In this document: positions 1 to 12,197 of the stretch, piece after piece
Layout of the letters: each line of letters starts with the position of its first letter
Position numbering within the stretch: the stretch's first letter is position 1
NCBI RefSeq assembly: GCF_016433145.1
Contig: NC_058132.1
Location: 8,292,523 to 8,356,522, forward strand
From: Gracilinanus agilis
Taxonomy: Eukaryota
DNA length: 64,000 nucleotides
Direction of reading: 5' to 3'
Notes under the pieces: model-generated
Seen by the model: only the letters and a program-made list of their open reading frames with translations
Told to the model about the DNA's origin: nothing
Database searches by the model: none
Translations under genes and position numbers: made by a program

Positions 1-105
1 AGACAGATAGACAGAGACAGAGAGGAGAGACTGAGAGAGAGGGAGGGAGAGGACAGAGAGACAGAGAGAGAGATAGACAGACAGAGAGAGAGAGAGGAAG
101 GGAAA
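1..105. repeat. GA/GACA simple repeat
   Basis: agacagatagacagagacagag... array. Confidence 0.85.
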
Positions 106-662
106 AATCAGAAGCACGGGCCAGAGTGGCAGAGAAATACACAGAATGAAAGACAATTAGTGGGAGGTAAAGGGCGACCAACTGGGCCTCTCAGGAAGGG
201 ATGTTTATAAATAGAGATACTGAGACATACAAAGGAGGGAAGAGACCCAACCACAGAGGCGGGAAGGAAGGAGAGCCCGAGAGGCACAGAAGGAAAGGAA
301 AAGGGGGGGCACGGAAAGTCAGAAACAGGAAAACAAATAGAGCAGGATGAAAGAGATAGTATTAACACCAGAGTGCAGCATGCTGGGACCTGAAGGATCT
401 CGGGGTACTTGGGTCTCCCTGCTGTGACCCAGACCTGGGTTCCATATGGGAGTCATGGCTGGGGTGCAGGGTAAGTCAGCTCTCCATTTCCCCTGTCCAT
501 TGGCTCGTCCCCATCGCTACCCTCTGTGGCCACTCAGGGGTTTCTATTTTTGGTTCTAGTCTAAAGTTTCCCCCCCAAAGGGGGAGGAGCAAAAGAGACA
601 CTCAACACACAAGTTTGAATTGGGTAAAGGACTGTGGATTCATTCCTAGTTTATATATATAA

Positions 663-852
663 TTTTTTTTTATTTTAAACCCTTAACTTCTGTGTATTGA
701 CTTATAGGTGGAAGATTGGTAAGGGTAGGCAATGGGGGTCAAGTGACTTGCCCAGGGTCACACAGCTGGGAAGTGTCTGAGGCTGGATTTGAACCCAGGA
801 CCTCCTGTCTCTAGGCCTGGCTCTCAATCCACTGAGCTACCCAGCTGCCCCC
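663..852 (-). mobile_element. SINE1_Mdo-like CORE-SINE
   Basis: Reverse of ggggcagctgggtagctcagtggattgag...gtgtgaccctgggcaagtcacttg...gaagttaagggtttaaaa; near-identical to copies at 40462 and 53008. Confidence 0.85.
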
Positions 853-1239
853 TATTCCTAGTTTAAAACAAAATGCCCTAATAAACAAAAGAGAACCCAA
901 GCACGCTTTATAGAATGACAAGAACAGAATTCAGCTGCTCAGTTTAGCGTTACTAGCACCATCAACAGGGAGGCTAATATCCAAGCCTTATTGGGACATA
1001 AAATCGTTTTTTGTGGTTTTTCCTTTTTATTTATCTATTTTACCCAGCCCGCCTCTCTCCTACCCACTCCATAAAAGGCATCATCCAGCAAAATAAATAG
1101 ATTATGTCTTTTATGTTACCATCTTTCAGTTCATTCTCTGGAGGTGAACACTCACAAGTTATTCTTTAATGAAATCTGTCGCTATATATAATGTTCTCTT
1201 GGTTCTACTTGTTTCACTCTTCATTACTTCATGTGGGTA

Positions 1240-1632
1240 TTTTTTTAACTCTTCCCTTCCATCTTGGAATCAATATTATGTATTGGGTCTGAAGCAGAAG
1301 AGAGGTAATGACTAGTCAATGGAGATGAAGTGACTTGCCCAGGGTCAAACATCTAGGAAGTGTCTGAGACCACTTTTGAACCCAGGACCTCCTACCTCTC
1401 AGCCTGGCTCTCATTCCATTGATCCATCTAGATGCCCCTCCAAGTTTTTAAAAAAAATTAATCTGTTCAGTGGATAGAAAGCCACACCTGGAGAGGGGGG
1501 GGGTCCTGGGTTCAAATGTGCTCTCTGACACTTCCTAGCTGTGTGACCCTGGGCAAGTCACTTGACCTCCATGGCCCACCCTTACTACTCTTCCACCTAG
1601 GAGCCAATACACAGAAGTTAAGGGTTTAAAAA
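1240..1632. mobile_element. Two head-to-head marsupial CORE-SINEs (minus 1240-1438, plus about 1468-1632)
   Basis: CORE motif gtgacttgcccagggtca and B-box-like ggttcaaa in both. Confidence 0.8.
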
Positions 1633-1664
1633 AATAAATGTAAAAACAAACAAACAAACTCTTG

Positions 1665-1912
1665 GGTCAGTTCACAGCTCCACTAACAGTGTATTAGTGT
1701 TCCCACTTTTCTACACCCATCCCAGCATTTGTTGTTTTGCCCTTTTATCACGTTAGCCAGTCTGGTGGATGTGAGATGACACCTCTGAATTGTTTTGGCT
1801 CGCATTTCTATATTCAATAGTGATTTGGAGCCATTTTTCATGTACCTATCTACGGCTTTGATGCCTTTATCTGAAAATTATCTGTTCGTATCTTTTGCCC
1901 ATTTATCAACTG
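1665..1912 (-). mobile_element. L1 ORF2 3' fragment
   Basis: Resembles the reverse of the L1 ORF2 C-terminal region (ccagtctggtggatgtgagatgacacctc). Confidence 0.65.
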
Positions 1913-4900
1913 GGGTGGGGGGGAAGGTGACATGAAGCTGTTTTTAAAAAGGTTTCCAATGAGCCATTTTCCATTTTACTTCTGCAATGGATATTGTCCA
2001 TGTAAGATGGTATCCCTTTTGGATCTGGGCTAATATTGTTTATGGAAAGGGATAGAAACTCAAATAATTTGGAGGAGCCAAGCCTCAAGCCTCTCAGATA
2101 GAAGTACTGAGATCAAATCCCAACTCAGGATAGGAGAAATCCTTGGTGCGGGCAAAGATGATCACAGTGGCTTGTTTCCCAGCAGCTAATTTGCATGTGA
2201 TTTTTATGAGCACTTTGAGGTTGAATATAGAGATCCTGTTCTATAACCAGAGACTTATCTGAGTGGCCTAGGGTGGTCATCGGATGTAAAGAACAAAACA
2301 GACTGGAAGCACAGCTTGTTAGCTCATAATGCTCTGAGATATATTGGAGTCACCAATTTATTATAAAGGAAATTAAAGATCCCCTTCCCCCAAAAGCCCA
2401 AGAAAGTTTCCCACAGTTACAGAGAGCAGAATTTTTACTATAGTCAAAACAAAAGCCTTGGGAGCCTCCAGGTGTAGATAAAAAACCTATGCTAAACTAT
2501 CAGCTATATGTGTTATCTTTAAGTGGAGCCTGGGACATCTCGTTAGGTCAGAAAGCCCCTGAAGTTCTCAGCCTTGATGGTATTAAACAATTTTTTGAGC
2601 CTCATTATTTTACTTTAATTCTGGGCAAAATGCCCTGCCAAGGGTTCGACCTTGGCTTTACTAGGCAGCTACATCCTTGGTCAAAGGGGAACAGTGTTAG
2701 CCCCGCTCCTGCTGGATTGCTGAGAGCCCAAAGCTTTTTACTATAATGCATTTTAAAGGAAAGTGAGAATTATGAAAGGAATCAAAAGAGGAATCTCAAA
2801 TTTTTATCTTAGATAGCCCACTCTGTTTCTCAAACCTGATAGGGAGAAAAGTCAATACTCCGCTCTGCCGGTCTGTATTGATCTTTTGATGGGGTCCAGA
2901 TTAAAATATTTACTTGAGATTCTAATTTCTCTTAATAGCTCCTGACAGCTGAAAGTCAGGAATCCCAAATGACTAGAACTTGCCGATGTCTATGAAACAG
3001 TAGTATTTGGGCTACATGTGTTATGCCTGACAGAAATGTATATATTTTTTCTCAATCTGAGATAGAAATGAGTCAGTTCTCACCTTAAGGAAGAAGAATG
3101 GCATTCAGAAGTCTATAGAGAATAGAGGAGAATAACTATTTATGGGAACTGATGTGATTGGAGAAAAGCTGCACTATTTGAAAGGGCTGATTGGAGGAAA
3201 GAAAAATCCTCCTCAATAAGCCAACGGGGAACAGGAAAGGCTAATTTGCTCTGCCTCTTTTTGGTACCTATACCTTAAAAGGTGGAAAACCCTCAGGTTT
3301 GCCTACTTTGCTCTGTCCTGCCTCCTCCAGCTGGAGAGAGGGAAATCTGTCAGAGCCCCAGAGAGAGTACCTGAATAGCTCTATGGATTCCAGACTGAGG
3401 GGATTGTTTTTCTCCAATAGAGTAAATCCAAAAGGCTCCCCTGACCCCAGGCTTAAGGTTTTTGTTTCCATTAAGAGAATCTAACTCTGCTTCAGTAGCC
3501 TAAGAGTAGGGGGCCAGAAAAGGAATAGTTCCCTCAGTAAGTGAAAAGAAAACAGTCCAGGAGAGGGACAGTTCCACTCAATAAATGAAATGGAATATAA
3601 TCTAGACTATTTTTTGAAGACATCAAGGACTTCAGGGTCTGCAGTCTAAAGTTGCTGGGTGCCTTGGACACACGGCCTTCCCTACTCACATGCTTCCCTT
3701 CCTGATTTCTGCAAGTTTGTACCCAATTTTCCCCATGGATACATTACTGGGAGAATGTGTGGCTCAGGTACCTGGGTAGAATGTAATATGATGTTTATTT
3801 TTGTTTTCCCATTCAATCTGTTTTTACATTTCCATTTATAATGAATAATTAATGGCATCATTTTGCCTTGTTAAATGGGAAACACACCAGTGGGGGCTCA
3901 AGAGCTCTAGTTATACATTGTTGGCATAGTTTCTCCCACACCAGAGTGGGAGAAACTATAGTGACCTGTAGCAATGAATCCCCTCCCCACTTCGAGGAAC
4001 CATCCTGACCTGCCAAAGTGGGCACAGGTTGGAGTGAGCCAGGACTGTCCTAGAGAGAGTGTAAATTTGGGGAGTGGCGACACATCTGGCCTCCATCAGG
4101 TCTCATTTGAGATTTATTGGAGGGTGTTCTTGGCACTGGCAGGGACCCGCCAACGTCCAGGATTTCTTAGATGCCCCCATTTCACAGATATCCACTAGGG
4201 AAAAATATGAATTTCTTTCACAGTTTTCCTTTACAAGTCAGACTTCTTTGATACTCTTTGTTATTGTTTGAATATTTAGGTATTAGTAACCATTGATGGC
4301 CTTCCCCTAGAGTGGAGCTTCCAGCCCCAGAGCACTGGCGCTTGGAAATGCTGAGAGAGCCCAAGAGACCACTGTTAGGGGGATGCCCCACGGTCAAAGG
4401 AAGAAGGAGGGCACGGGGAGTTTGTGAGAGTATTGGTACGGGTTGAGTGAGATGAGCCAAAAATAAAGCCCCATCGATTTCCGGGAAATGAGTGCGGGTT
4501 GCGCAGCCTTCTAGAAAGCCTAGTGAGCTAGCGGGCTGCAGAAAACACTGTGCCCGGAATCTGCTAAGCCTGGGAGACCAGGAAGGGGTGCTGTGTGGGG
4601 TCGGCCTGATGGAGATTCGTGGGAGCAGACAGTTTATTAGAATTACCGTGGAAGAAAAGGCCGTATGGAGCGCCAGGAGGAGACTCCATCGAGTCCTAGG
4701 AGTTAGGGTTTCTCTCCTGGAAAGACCCAGATCTGCCCCTCTGTGGAAGAAACCTGGGATATGGGGCCCCGAAGTGGGACCCAAGCTTAGCAGTGGAAGG
4801 CGTCCCAGCGGGAGAAATGGAGTCGAGCCTTCGAAAGCTCTCAGATTCGGGGTTCGAATTCACGCAAAGGATGAAGACTCAAAATCCCGAAAAGTCAGCT

Positions 4901-5689
4901 GGCAAGCAGGGAAGGGAAGAGACTGAGAGGGGAGAATGAAACCTGACGGTATTTGGGGAAATAGCCACAGAGAGAGGCAAAGGGAGAGCGCGAGAGGAAG
5001 AGCCCATGGCCAGGAAAGAGCTCCGATGGGCAGCTGAGGAGGGAAGAGCAGAGGAAGAGAGTAGAAGGAAGAGAGAGGCAGAAGGCCAGGAGATGGGACA
5101 CCTCGAGGAGGGAGGACGGGAGGCAGCTGGCCCAGCGCCTGGGACGCTCCTTCGGAGTCCGGGCTAGGACGAATGGCCGTCCGGCTCTTGGAGGAGGCCC
5201 ATGGAGAAAGCCTCCTCCTCGTTGGTCGGCTCCAATGGCTGGCGGCTCCTCCGGCTATTGGCCGCCATTGATCTCTTGAGGACTCCCCACTCTGTTCTCG
5301 GAGTCACGCCGATCTTTCTCCCACCCAGCAGCCTCTCAGGCCACGGAAGACGGTCCTTCTGCCCCTCCCGGCCTGCTCTTCTCTACTTCCTTAGATTGCT
5401 GGGAGAGGAGAGGAAGCTCTGGGCTCTGTGTGCGGGCAGAGCCGCCTCCTCCTCCGGCTCCCCAGGTCCCAGCAGCCCCATCTTCCCTCCGCTTTAGGCA
5501 GCACGAAGATGGCGGCACGCTCGCTCGCCCGCCCGCCGTGGCCGGCTCCTACAACTGCTCTCTATCCTTGGCCAAGAACACGGACCTCCGTCCCAGGGAC
5601 AAAGCCCAACCGTGCCCTGATGGAAGGGGCGTCTTTTCCTCCTGTCACTCCTCCCTTCTTTTGTATTGATTTCTCAGTAAAGCCCTCCC

Positions 5690-5803
5690 CTTGCGTCTTG
5701 TTCCAAGGCTAGGCTGTGGGGGTGAAGTGACTTGCCCAGGGTCACCCAGCTAGGAAGTGTCTCTCGGCCTGGCTCGCCATCCACGGAGCCACCCAGCTGC
5801 CCC
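5690..5803 (-). mobile_element. CORE-SINE, CpG-enriched copy
   Basis: gtgaagtgacttgcccagggtcacccagctaggaagtgtc...cacccagctgcccc. Confidence 0.75.
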
Positions 5804-6221
5804 CAACTCCCTTCTCCTTTGCTGTTGCTGTGGGGGTCACCCTGGTTCCCAATCCAGGCCTCGCCTCACCCCCACATCCCAAGAGCCCTCAGGGCCCGGC
5901 ATTCCACAACTGGCCGCCCTTTTCTGCCCCGACCCTGCCACCACGCTGGTGGCGGCCCTCGTGTCCTCATGCCTAGGCTTTGGCGATGGCCTCCTGGCTG
6001 CCAGCCTGGCTTCTCCTTTCCCGGCTCTGTCCAGCCGCCATTCAGCTCTCAGAGGGACCTTCCTAATGCGCATTTGACTGCATCACGCCCCAATTCACTC
6101 AGCTTCTGTGGCTTCCCGTCACCAGCAGGTCCAAAAATAACGTTGCTGCTTGGCATTTGGAGCCCTCCGAAATCCTTCCAGTTGGGTTCCGTCTCCTCCC
6201 TTCCTGGAGCCTCTTTTTGTT

Positions 6222-6378
6222 TAACCCTTTCTTTCTGTCTTAATAACAACTCTAAGACTGAAGGGGTCAAGTGACTGGCCCAGGGTCACCCAGCCAGGGA
6301 GTGTCTGAGGCCAGATTGGAACCCAGGACCTCGGGTCTCCAGGCCGGCTCGCCATCCCCTGAGCCACCCAGCTGCCTC
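6222..6378 (-). mobile_element. CORE-SINE
   Basis: gtcaagtgactggcccagggtcacccagcc...gattggaacccaggacc...acccagctgcct. Confidence 0.75.
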
Positions 6379-8674
6379 CCTCCATCCTGCAGGCCCGGCG
6401 TGGTCTGCATGTTGTCTCCCCGTACTCCGCGCAGTCGCAGGCATACAGCAGGCGTCTCACCCACGCTTGGTGTCCGCCAGTCCCCAGCTCTCCTGCCTGG
6501 GGTGTCTGTGACAGCCGGCGGTTGGCCTTCCCTCTGGGCTCTCAGCTCTCCTTTCGCAGGTCCCGTTCCAGGCTCTCCTGAGGCTGCTGCTTCACCTGCC
6601 ACCTTTCCCGGCCATTTCAAGCTGCCCGAGGAAGCCAGCGGCACCCATCTAAGGCTCGTGGGAAGGGAGGCCAGAACGGGCCGGCCCTCGAGACGATCCT
6701 TCCCCAGGCCGGTCTCCTTCCCTGGACATTCGCTCTCTCCAGGGTCCGTCTGCCGCCGCCGGGGCCCACAGCTGCACTGGGCAGCCCAGATTTGGTGGGA
6801 CCAAGGCAGGGGGCTGCGGGGCCATCCCTTCCCCTCCCCTCCTGGCTCTGCCCTGTTCATGGAGCCCAAGACCCATTTTTGCCCCCATCGAATCCCTGGG
6901 TGCAGGCCCTGCTCTGGCGGGTGGCGGTGGGCAGTCAGCATCCTGGCGGCGGCAGGTCGGCCCCTTTGTCTCCCGGGGGGGGGGGCAGAAGGCTTTGACT
7001 CGGGTGCCCCCCCCCCCAGCGCAGGCCGCTGCTGGGCGCTGGCTAGGCGGCCGGGGAGGGAAGAAGGGCTGGTGCATGTGTTTCTCCGCGACCCCCACCT
7101 CGTTCCCAGTGCCCGAGACGGATGGCCATGAAATCGCCAGCTGGGGCCTCGCACAGGCCTCCTCTCAGCGCTCCAGCTTCGCCGCCTCCCCCTCCCTCCC
7201 GCCCTGTACCTTTCCCCCACTTTCCCTGCAGTCTTTGGAGCCCGATCCCCTCCCCCAGAGCACCCCGCTCCCTGCCCTCGGTCCGGGGGGCCTCCCAGAC
7301 ATCTCCCTTCTCCTGTTCTCTCCCTTCCCACCGGGCAGGCAGGCCCAAGCTCCGGCTCCACTGGGGCCCCCTGGACGCGGCCTGGAGGCTGGAAGAGCAG
7401 CTCCGGCCCAGCCACGGCCCGTCCATCCCTGGGGACAAGCGGCCACTCTCCCGGCCATCCGCCAGGCCAAAGGCTGCCCGGGTGAAAGGAAATGCTGAGC
7501 TAAGCCGGGCTCCATCCGCCCCGCGGATCACTTTAGGAAGCCGCCCAGCCAGTGGCCCCAACAGACGGGCCCTCCTAAACAGCCAACCACGGCCAAAAAG
7601 GAAGCGAGACCACCGGGTGACAAGGCGGGCAGAGCCAGCGGGCGCGATTCCCTGACTCTCGCTCCCCCCAGGGGCCCGTAAAGAGCCCACGGGACGGGGA
7701 AGCACGCCGAGTTCGGGCCCGGCCTTTCCAGAGAAGGCGGCACGCCCTGGGCTTCTGCTCAGCCACCCAGGCCCTTGGTGGAGGGTCTCTGAGCACCAAG
7801 TCCAGGGGCCCAGTTTCCCGGCCAGGAAAGGCGACGTTCTCTTCCCGGTCCCACAACTGAAGAGTTTTCTCACCAGACAGAAGCTGGACCAGAGCGTCAG
7901 AGCTACGAGGCGGGAGCTGAGCTGGCGCCAGGATGGAGTCCCAAGATGGCATCGGGGGCTTCGCTCAGTTCTCACAATGAACGGCTTGGTTTTTTCCAGA
8001 GGTGGCGGCAGCGGCAGCCAAACCTCCAGTCCTGCTTCCTCAGCGTCCAGCCTCCGAGCCGTGGCTACTCTGTGCTCCCCGCCCAAGGCCTGGGCACCAT
8101 CCAATCATTTCCTGAGTGAGCGTCTCTTCTAGAGCTCCTGGGGGCCATCAGAGCCCCGCTTTTCTATTTGCACCTTCGGCACATACTTGGTACAGCATGT
8201 GGCAATAGTTACTCCCCCAGCGTAGACCCTCATCGCCTTCCGCCTCTTTCCTTCCAGCTCTCCCTGCTCCAGTCCACTCCATTTAGCCGAAAATGTGATT
8301 TTCCTGAAATGCAGGTGAGATGGAGTCACTACCCACCTCAATAAACGCCAGTGGCTCCCTATTGCCTCCGGGAGCAAACACAAAGTGCTCTTTGGGCACT
8401 CACAGACCTTTCTAAGTTACCTGCCCTCCTCTTCTGGCTTCTTACACCTTACAGTATTTCTGGACTTGTGGCAGGGGGACCAGCATGCTGCTTCTCCATC
8501 TCTGCGCTCTGAGTACCTCTCCTCTGTGGCTGCCTCCTCCATTCCACCTCCTATGCCTTGTCCAGGAAGCCACCCTGACTCTACATCACAGGCCTTCCAC
8601 ATCCAGCTGGTTTTGGAGATTCTCTCTGCTCTGGGCTGCCAGAGGGTCTCTGCTGGTAGCTCCAGCTTCAGTAC

Positions 8675-8864
8675 TTTCCTTCACTCCTTCATTCCCTCAT
8701 TCCATCACTCCTTCATTCCCTCATTTCTTCATTCCCTTATTCTTTCACTCCTTCATTTCCTCACTCCTTCATTCCTTCACTCCCTCATTTCTTCACTCCT
8801 TCATTCCCTCATTCCTTTCCTTCCTCATTCCTTCACTCCTTCATTCCCTCATTTCTTCATTCCC
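8675..8864. repeat. CT-rich minisatellite (TCATTCC/TCACTCCT-type units) running into the gap
   Basis: Repeated cttcattccctcatt and ttcactccttcattcc blocks. Confidence 0.9.
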
Positions 8865-9364
8865 NNNNNNNNNNNNNNNNNNNNNNNNNNNNNNNNNNNN
8901 NNNNNNNNNNNNNNNNNNNNNNNNNNNNNNNNNNNNNNNNNNNNNNNNNNNNNNNNNNNNNNNNNNNNNNNNNNNNNNNNNNNNNNNNNNNNNNNNNNNN
9001 NNNNNNNNNNNNNNNNNNNNNNNNNNNNNNNNNNNNNNNNNNNNNNNNNNNNNNNNNNNNNNNNNNNNNNNNNNNNNNNNNNNNNNNNNNNNNNNNNNNN
9101 NNNNNNNNNNNNNNNNNNNNNNNNNNNNNNNNNNNNNNNNNNNNNNNNNNNNNNNNNNNNNNNNNNNNNNNNNNNNNNNNNNNNNNNNNNNNNNNNNNNN
9201 NNNNNNNNNNNNNNNNNNNNNNNNNNNNNNNNNNNNNNNNNNNNNNNNNNNNNNNNNNNNNNNNNNNNNNNNNNNNNNNNNNNNNNNNNNNNNNNNNNNN
9301 NNNNNNNNNNNNNNNNNNNNNNNNNNNNNNNNNNNNNNNNNNNNNNNNNNNNNNNNNNNNNNNN
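8865..9364. other. Assembly gap (exactly 500 N)
   Basis: Run of N; the round size suggests a placeholder of unknown true length. Confidence 0.98.
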
Positions 9365-9769
9365 CCTACTCCCACCGGAGGGCGAAAGATTCCTGACTGG
9401 CCCAGAAACACCCTGTAAGAAGGGGCTAAACCCCAGCAAGAGGTCCCGGCTTCCTGAGCACAGGACATTGGGCCTCCTGCTCTCAGTTTCCCCAACTGTC
9501 AGATGAGGGAGTTGGGCTCCATGTCCTCCAAGACCTTTCCTTCTGGTGCACAAAATGGCGACTCCCACAATGCCCCTCCGGGGAGACTTTGGTGGACACC
9601 TAAGTTCAGCCTCGCCCCCACACACTCCCAGGGCCTGGATCCTGTCCCAGTATTTGGGCGCATGGCAGAATAGGGGGGCTGGAAGGGCCACAGGCTCCTT
9701 ATGGAGTGCGGGCTTCCCAGCGCAACCCCCACAAAGAACAACAAAGGCCAGGGGGGGACATGGAGGGCG

Positions 9770-9775
9770 TTTATT
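9770..9775 (-). terminator. KASH5: KASH5 polyadenylation signal (AATAAA)
   Basis: Plus-strand tttatt about 22 nt past the KASH5 stop codon. Confidence 0.7.
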
Positions 9776-9797
9776 AGATCAGGTAGGTGCTGGGGCT

Positions 9798-12159
9798 TCA
9801 CACCGGTGGGGGCCGGAAGTAGTGCAGCTGGAGGTGGGGCCAGGCCAGAGGCCCAGAGGAGACCAGGACCAGGACGGACAGCAGCAGCAGCAGCACGAGC
9901 ACGAGCAGGAGGCCCAGGATGGGCAGCTGGCTCATGGGGAGGCTAGGGATCCTGGAAGAAGCAGATGTAGCTAGAGGAAATGGGGGGGGGCCTGGCCCTC
10001 CATGGTCCCCCATGATTCCCTATGGTCCCCATGGCCCTCCATGGTTCCCCATGGTCCCCTATGGTTCTCCAAGGCCCTCCATGGTCCCCCATGGTCCCTT
10101 ATGGTCCTCTATAGTTTCCCATGGTCCCCCATGATTCCCTATGGTCCCCCATGATTCCCTATGGTCCCCCATGGTCCTCTATGGTTCCCCATGATTCCCT
10201 ATGGTCCCCCATGGTCCTCTATGGTTCCCCATGTTCCCCCATGATTCCCTATGGTCCCCAAGTCCCTCCATGGTCCCCCATGGTCTCCCATGAACCCCTA
10301 TGGTCCCCCATGGCCCCTCACAGTCCCTCTCACAGCCCTCCATGACACTCCCTGGTCTCCCCAGGGCCCCCCATCTCCTCCATGGCTAGGCAGCTTACCT
10401 AGGTGTCTGGGCAGCTATAGGAGTGGGATACAGTTCCCAGCTTGTTCTCCGCTGCCGCCGCCGCCCAGCTAAAGGCAGTTGGCCCACAAGAGGCTCTATG
10501 GCTTGAAGGAGGGCGGCATCGCTGGGGCTGCTGGGAGGAAAGGATGCCCTTAGCCCTTAGAGGATGCAGGGTCTGAAGCTGGAAAGGGGTCTTGGACTCA
10601 TCTGGGCCAGCCCTCTCCTTTTACAAATGGGCAAAGCAAGCCTTGGCCAAGCCACCCAGATGCCAAGGGGCAGGCTGTGCCAGCCTGGCTTCCTCACCTC
10701 CTGGCATCAGGACATGGTCTGTCTCCAAGCTGCGCGCCCTCCATTGTGCTGAGGTATCCAACCTGAGGGAACAAAGAGGCTGACCTGAGGGGCAGCTTCT
10801 GGAGCAACATCACCCCGGAGTCCTCTAGACTGGGGCCCAGCAGCCCCAAAGTACCCAGGACTCTCTTCACCAGACCCAGCTGAGGAACCCCCCCCCAACA
10901 CGTCCAGCACTTTGTGTCACCCTCGACTCACCTCTAGCCTCTCCTCAGGCTTGCCACCTCTCCTCTCCCCCTGAAAACCCATCCAGAGTGGGCAGGGACC
11001 TCAGGCCCTGGAGCCCAATCCCCTCCTTTTACAGAGAAGGAAACTGAGGCTTGAGGTCTCCAGTTCAGGGGGAACTCCGTGTGCCTAAGTGCGCTCCTCC
11101 TTTGCTCAAAGCCCTCCTGCCTGGCATTACGTGGCGCTCCCTCTGCCACCTCTCCAGTGCTGGAGGCCCCAGCAGACAGAGCAGGCTCTAGCACTTGGGC
11201 TCTCCACTCTGGGCCTTTGCTCCCTTTATTCTGCCAACTCCTGTGCCCTCCCTCCTTCTTTTCCTCTTCACTTGCTGAATGCCTTCCTGTCAAGAGGTTC
11301 TGGGTGGCTCAGTGGATAGAAAGCCAGGCCCAGAGATAGGAGGTTCTGGGTTCAAATACGGCCCCAGACACTTCTTAGCTGGGTGACCCTGGGCAAGTCA
11401 CTTGACCCCACTGCCCAGCCCTTACCCCTTGGAACTGACACCTGGTATCGCTTGTAAGACAGAAGGGAAGGCTTTAGCATATCAAGAGCATTGCCCCCAT
11501 TTTACAGAGGCCACAACTGGGGAGCTGAGGCAGCGCCAGGGCTATCTGGGCCTCTACTCTTTCTGCCTCACATGCCTGGGGCTTCTGGTCCTGCCCTCCC
11601 GTCGCAGGGCTCTTTCCGTCTCCTGCCCATCCCCACTCAGAGCTGAGTTGGCTTAGGGGGTCCTGCTCCTCTGCCCCCGGGAGCTCCCCAGGGCAGGGCT
11701 CGGCCCAGCTGGACTCTGCCTCTCCCCAGCAGCCTCTGGGCTCCACGTCTGTCTGTCTGTCGACAGCCCAGCCATGCCCACTATGTAGAAGCCCAAGAGC
11801 CTCGGGCATAGCCCTGCCAGCGTCCACACCAACCATTGTGGATCGTTTCATTTAACCTCATTTTGCCCACTGAAGCCAGGCTCTGGAGGAAGCCAGCTGC
11901 CCAGTAGGACCCAGGATGTGGAAGAGGCAGAATGCAGACTCCCAACCTCCCCTGGGGCTGTCTGGTCTGTGCTGGCCAGAGGTCTGGCTACCAGCAGCTC
12001 TCAGCCATCTCGCTGTGTGTGTCAGCTGGTGTGGAGTGGGTGGGGGGCTCCCCTGGGCCCAGACTGGCCTCCCACAGACCCTGCGCCAGCCGGGCTCATT
12101 AGAGGCATCGAGGCCTCATTATCCAGCCCTTGGCGCACCGCACAGTGATTTCCCTTCAG

Positions 12160-12197
<38 letters not shown>

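Larger units (their letters stand above)
5100..8100. promoter_or_regulatory. Large CpG island of unidentified gene
   Basis: CCAAT at 5232 and inverted at 5257; YY1-type AAGATGGC(GG) at 5506 and 7943; minus donors with exon ends at 7874 and 6461. No recognisable protein. Confidence 0.5.

Noticed and set aside
378-471. Exon-like segment ending CAGG|GTAAGT
   Set aside because: Good donor but no polypyrimidine acceptor and no recognisable peptide in any frame.
2100-4200. Possible ERV internal (gag-like) remnant
   Set aside because: Only vague motif impressions; no LTR pair or clear primer-binding site found.
6267-8104. Long ORFs of 286-382 aa on both strands
   Set aside because: Very GC-rich island; Pro/Gly/Arg/Ala-biased, mutually overlapping, partly running through SINEs; no recognisable domain.
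8385-9691. ORFs of 212-373 aa
   Set aside because: Artefacts of reading through the minisatellite and the 500-N gap.
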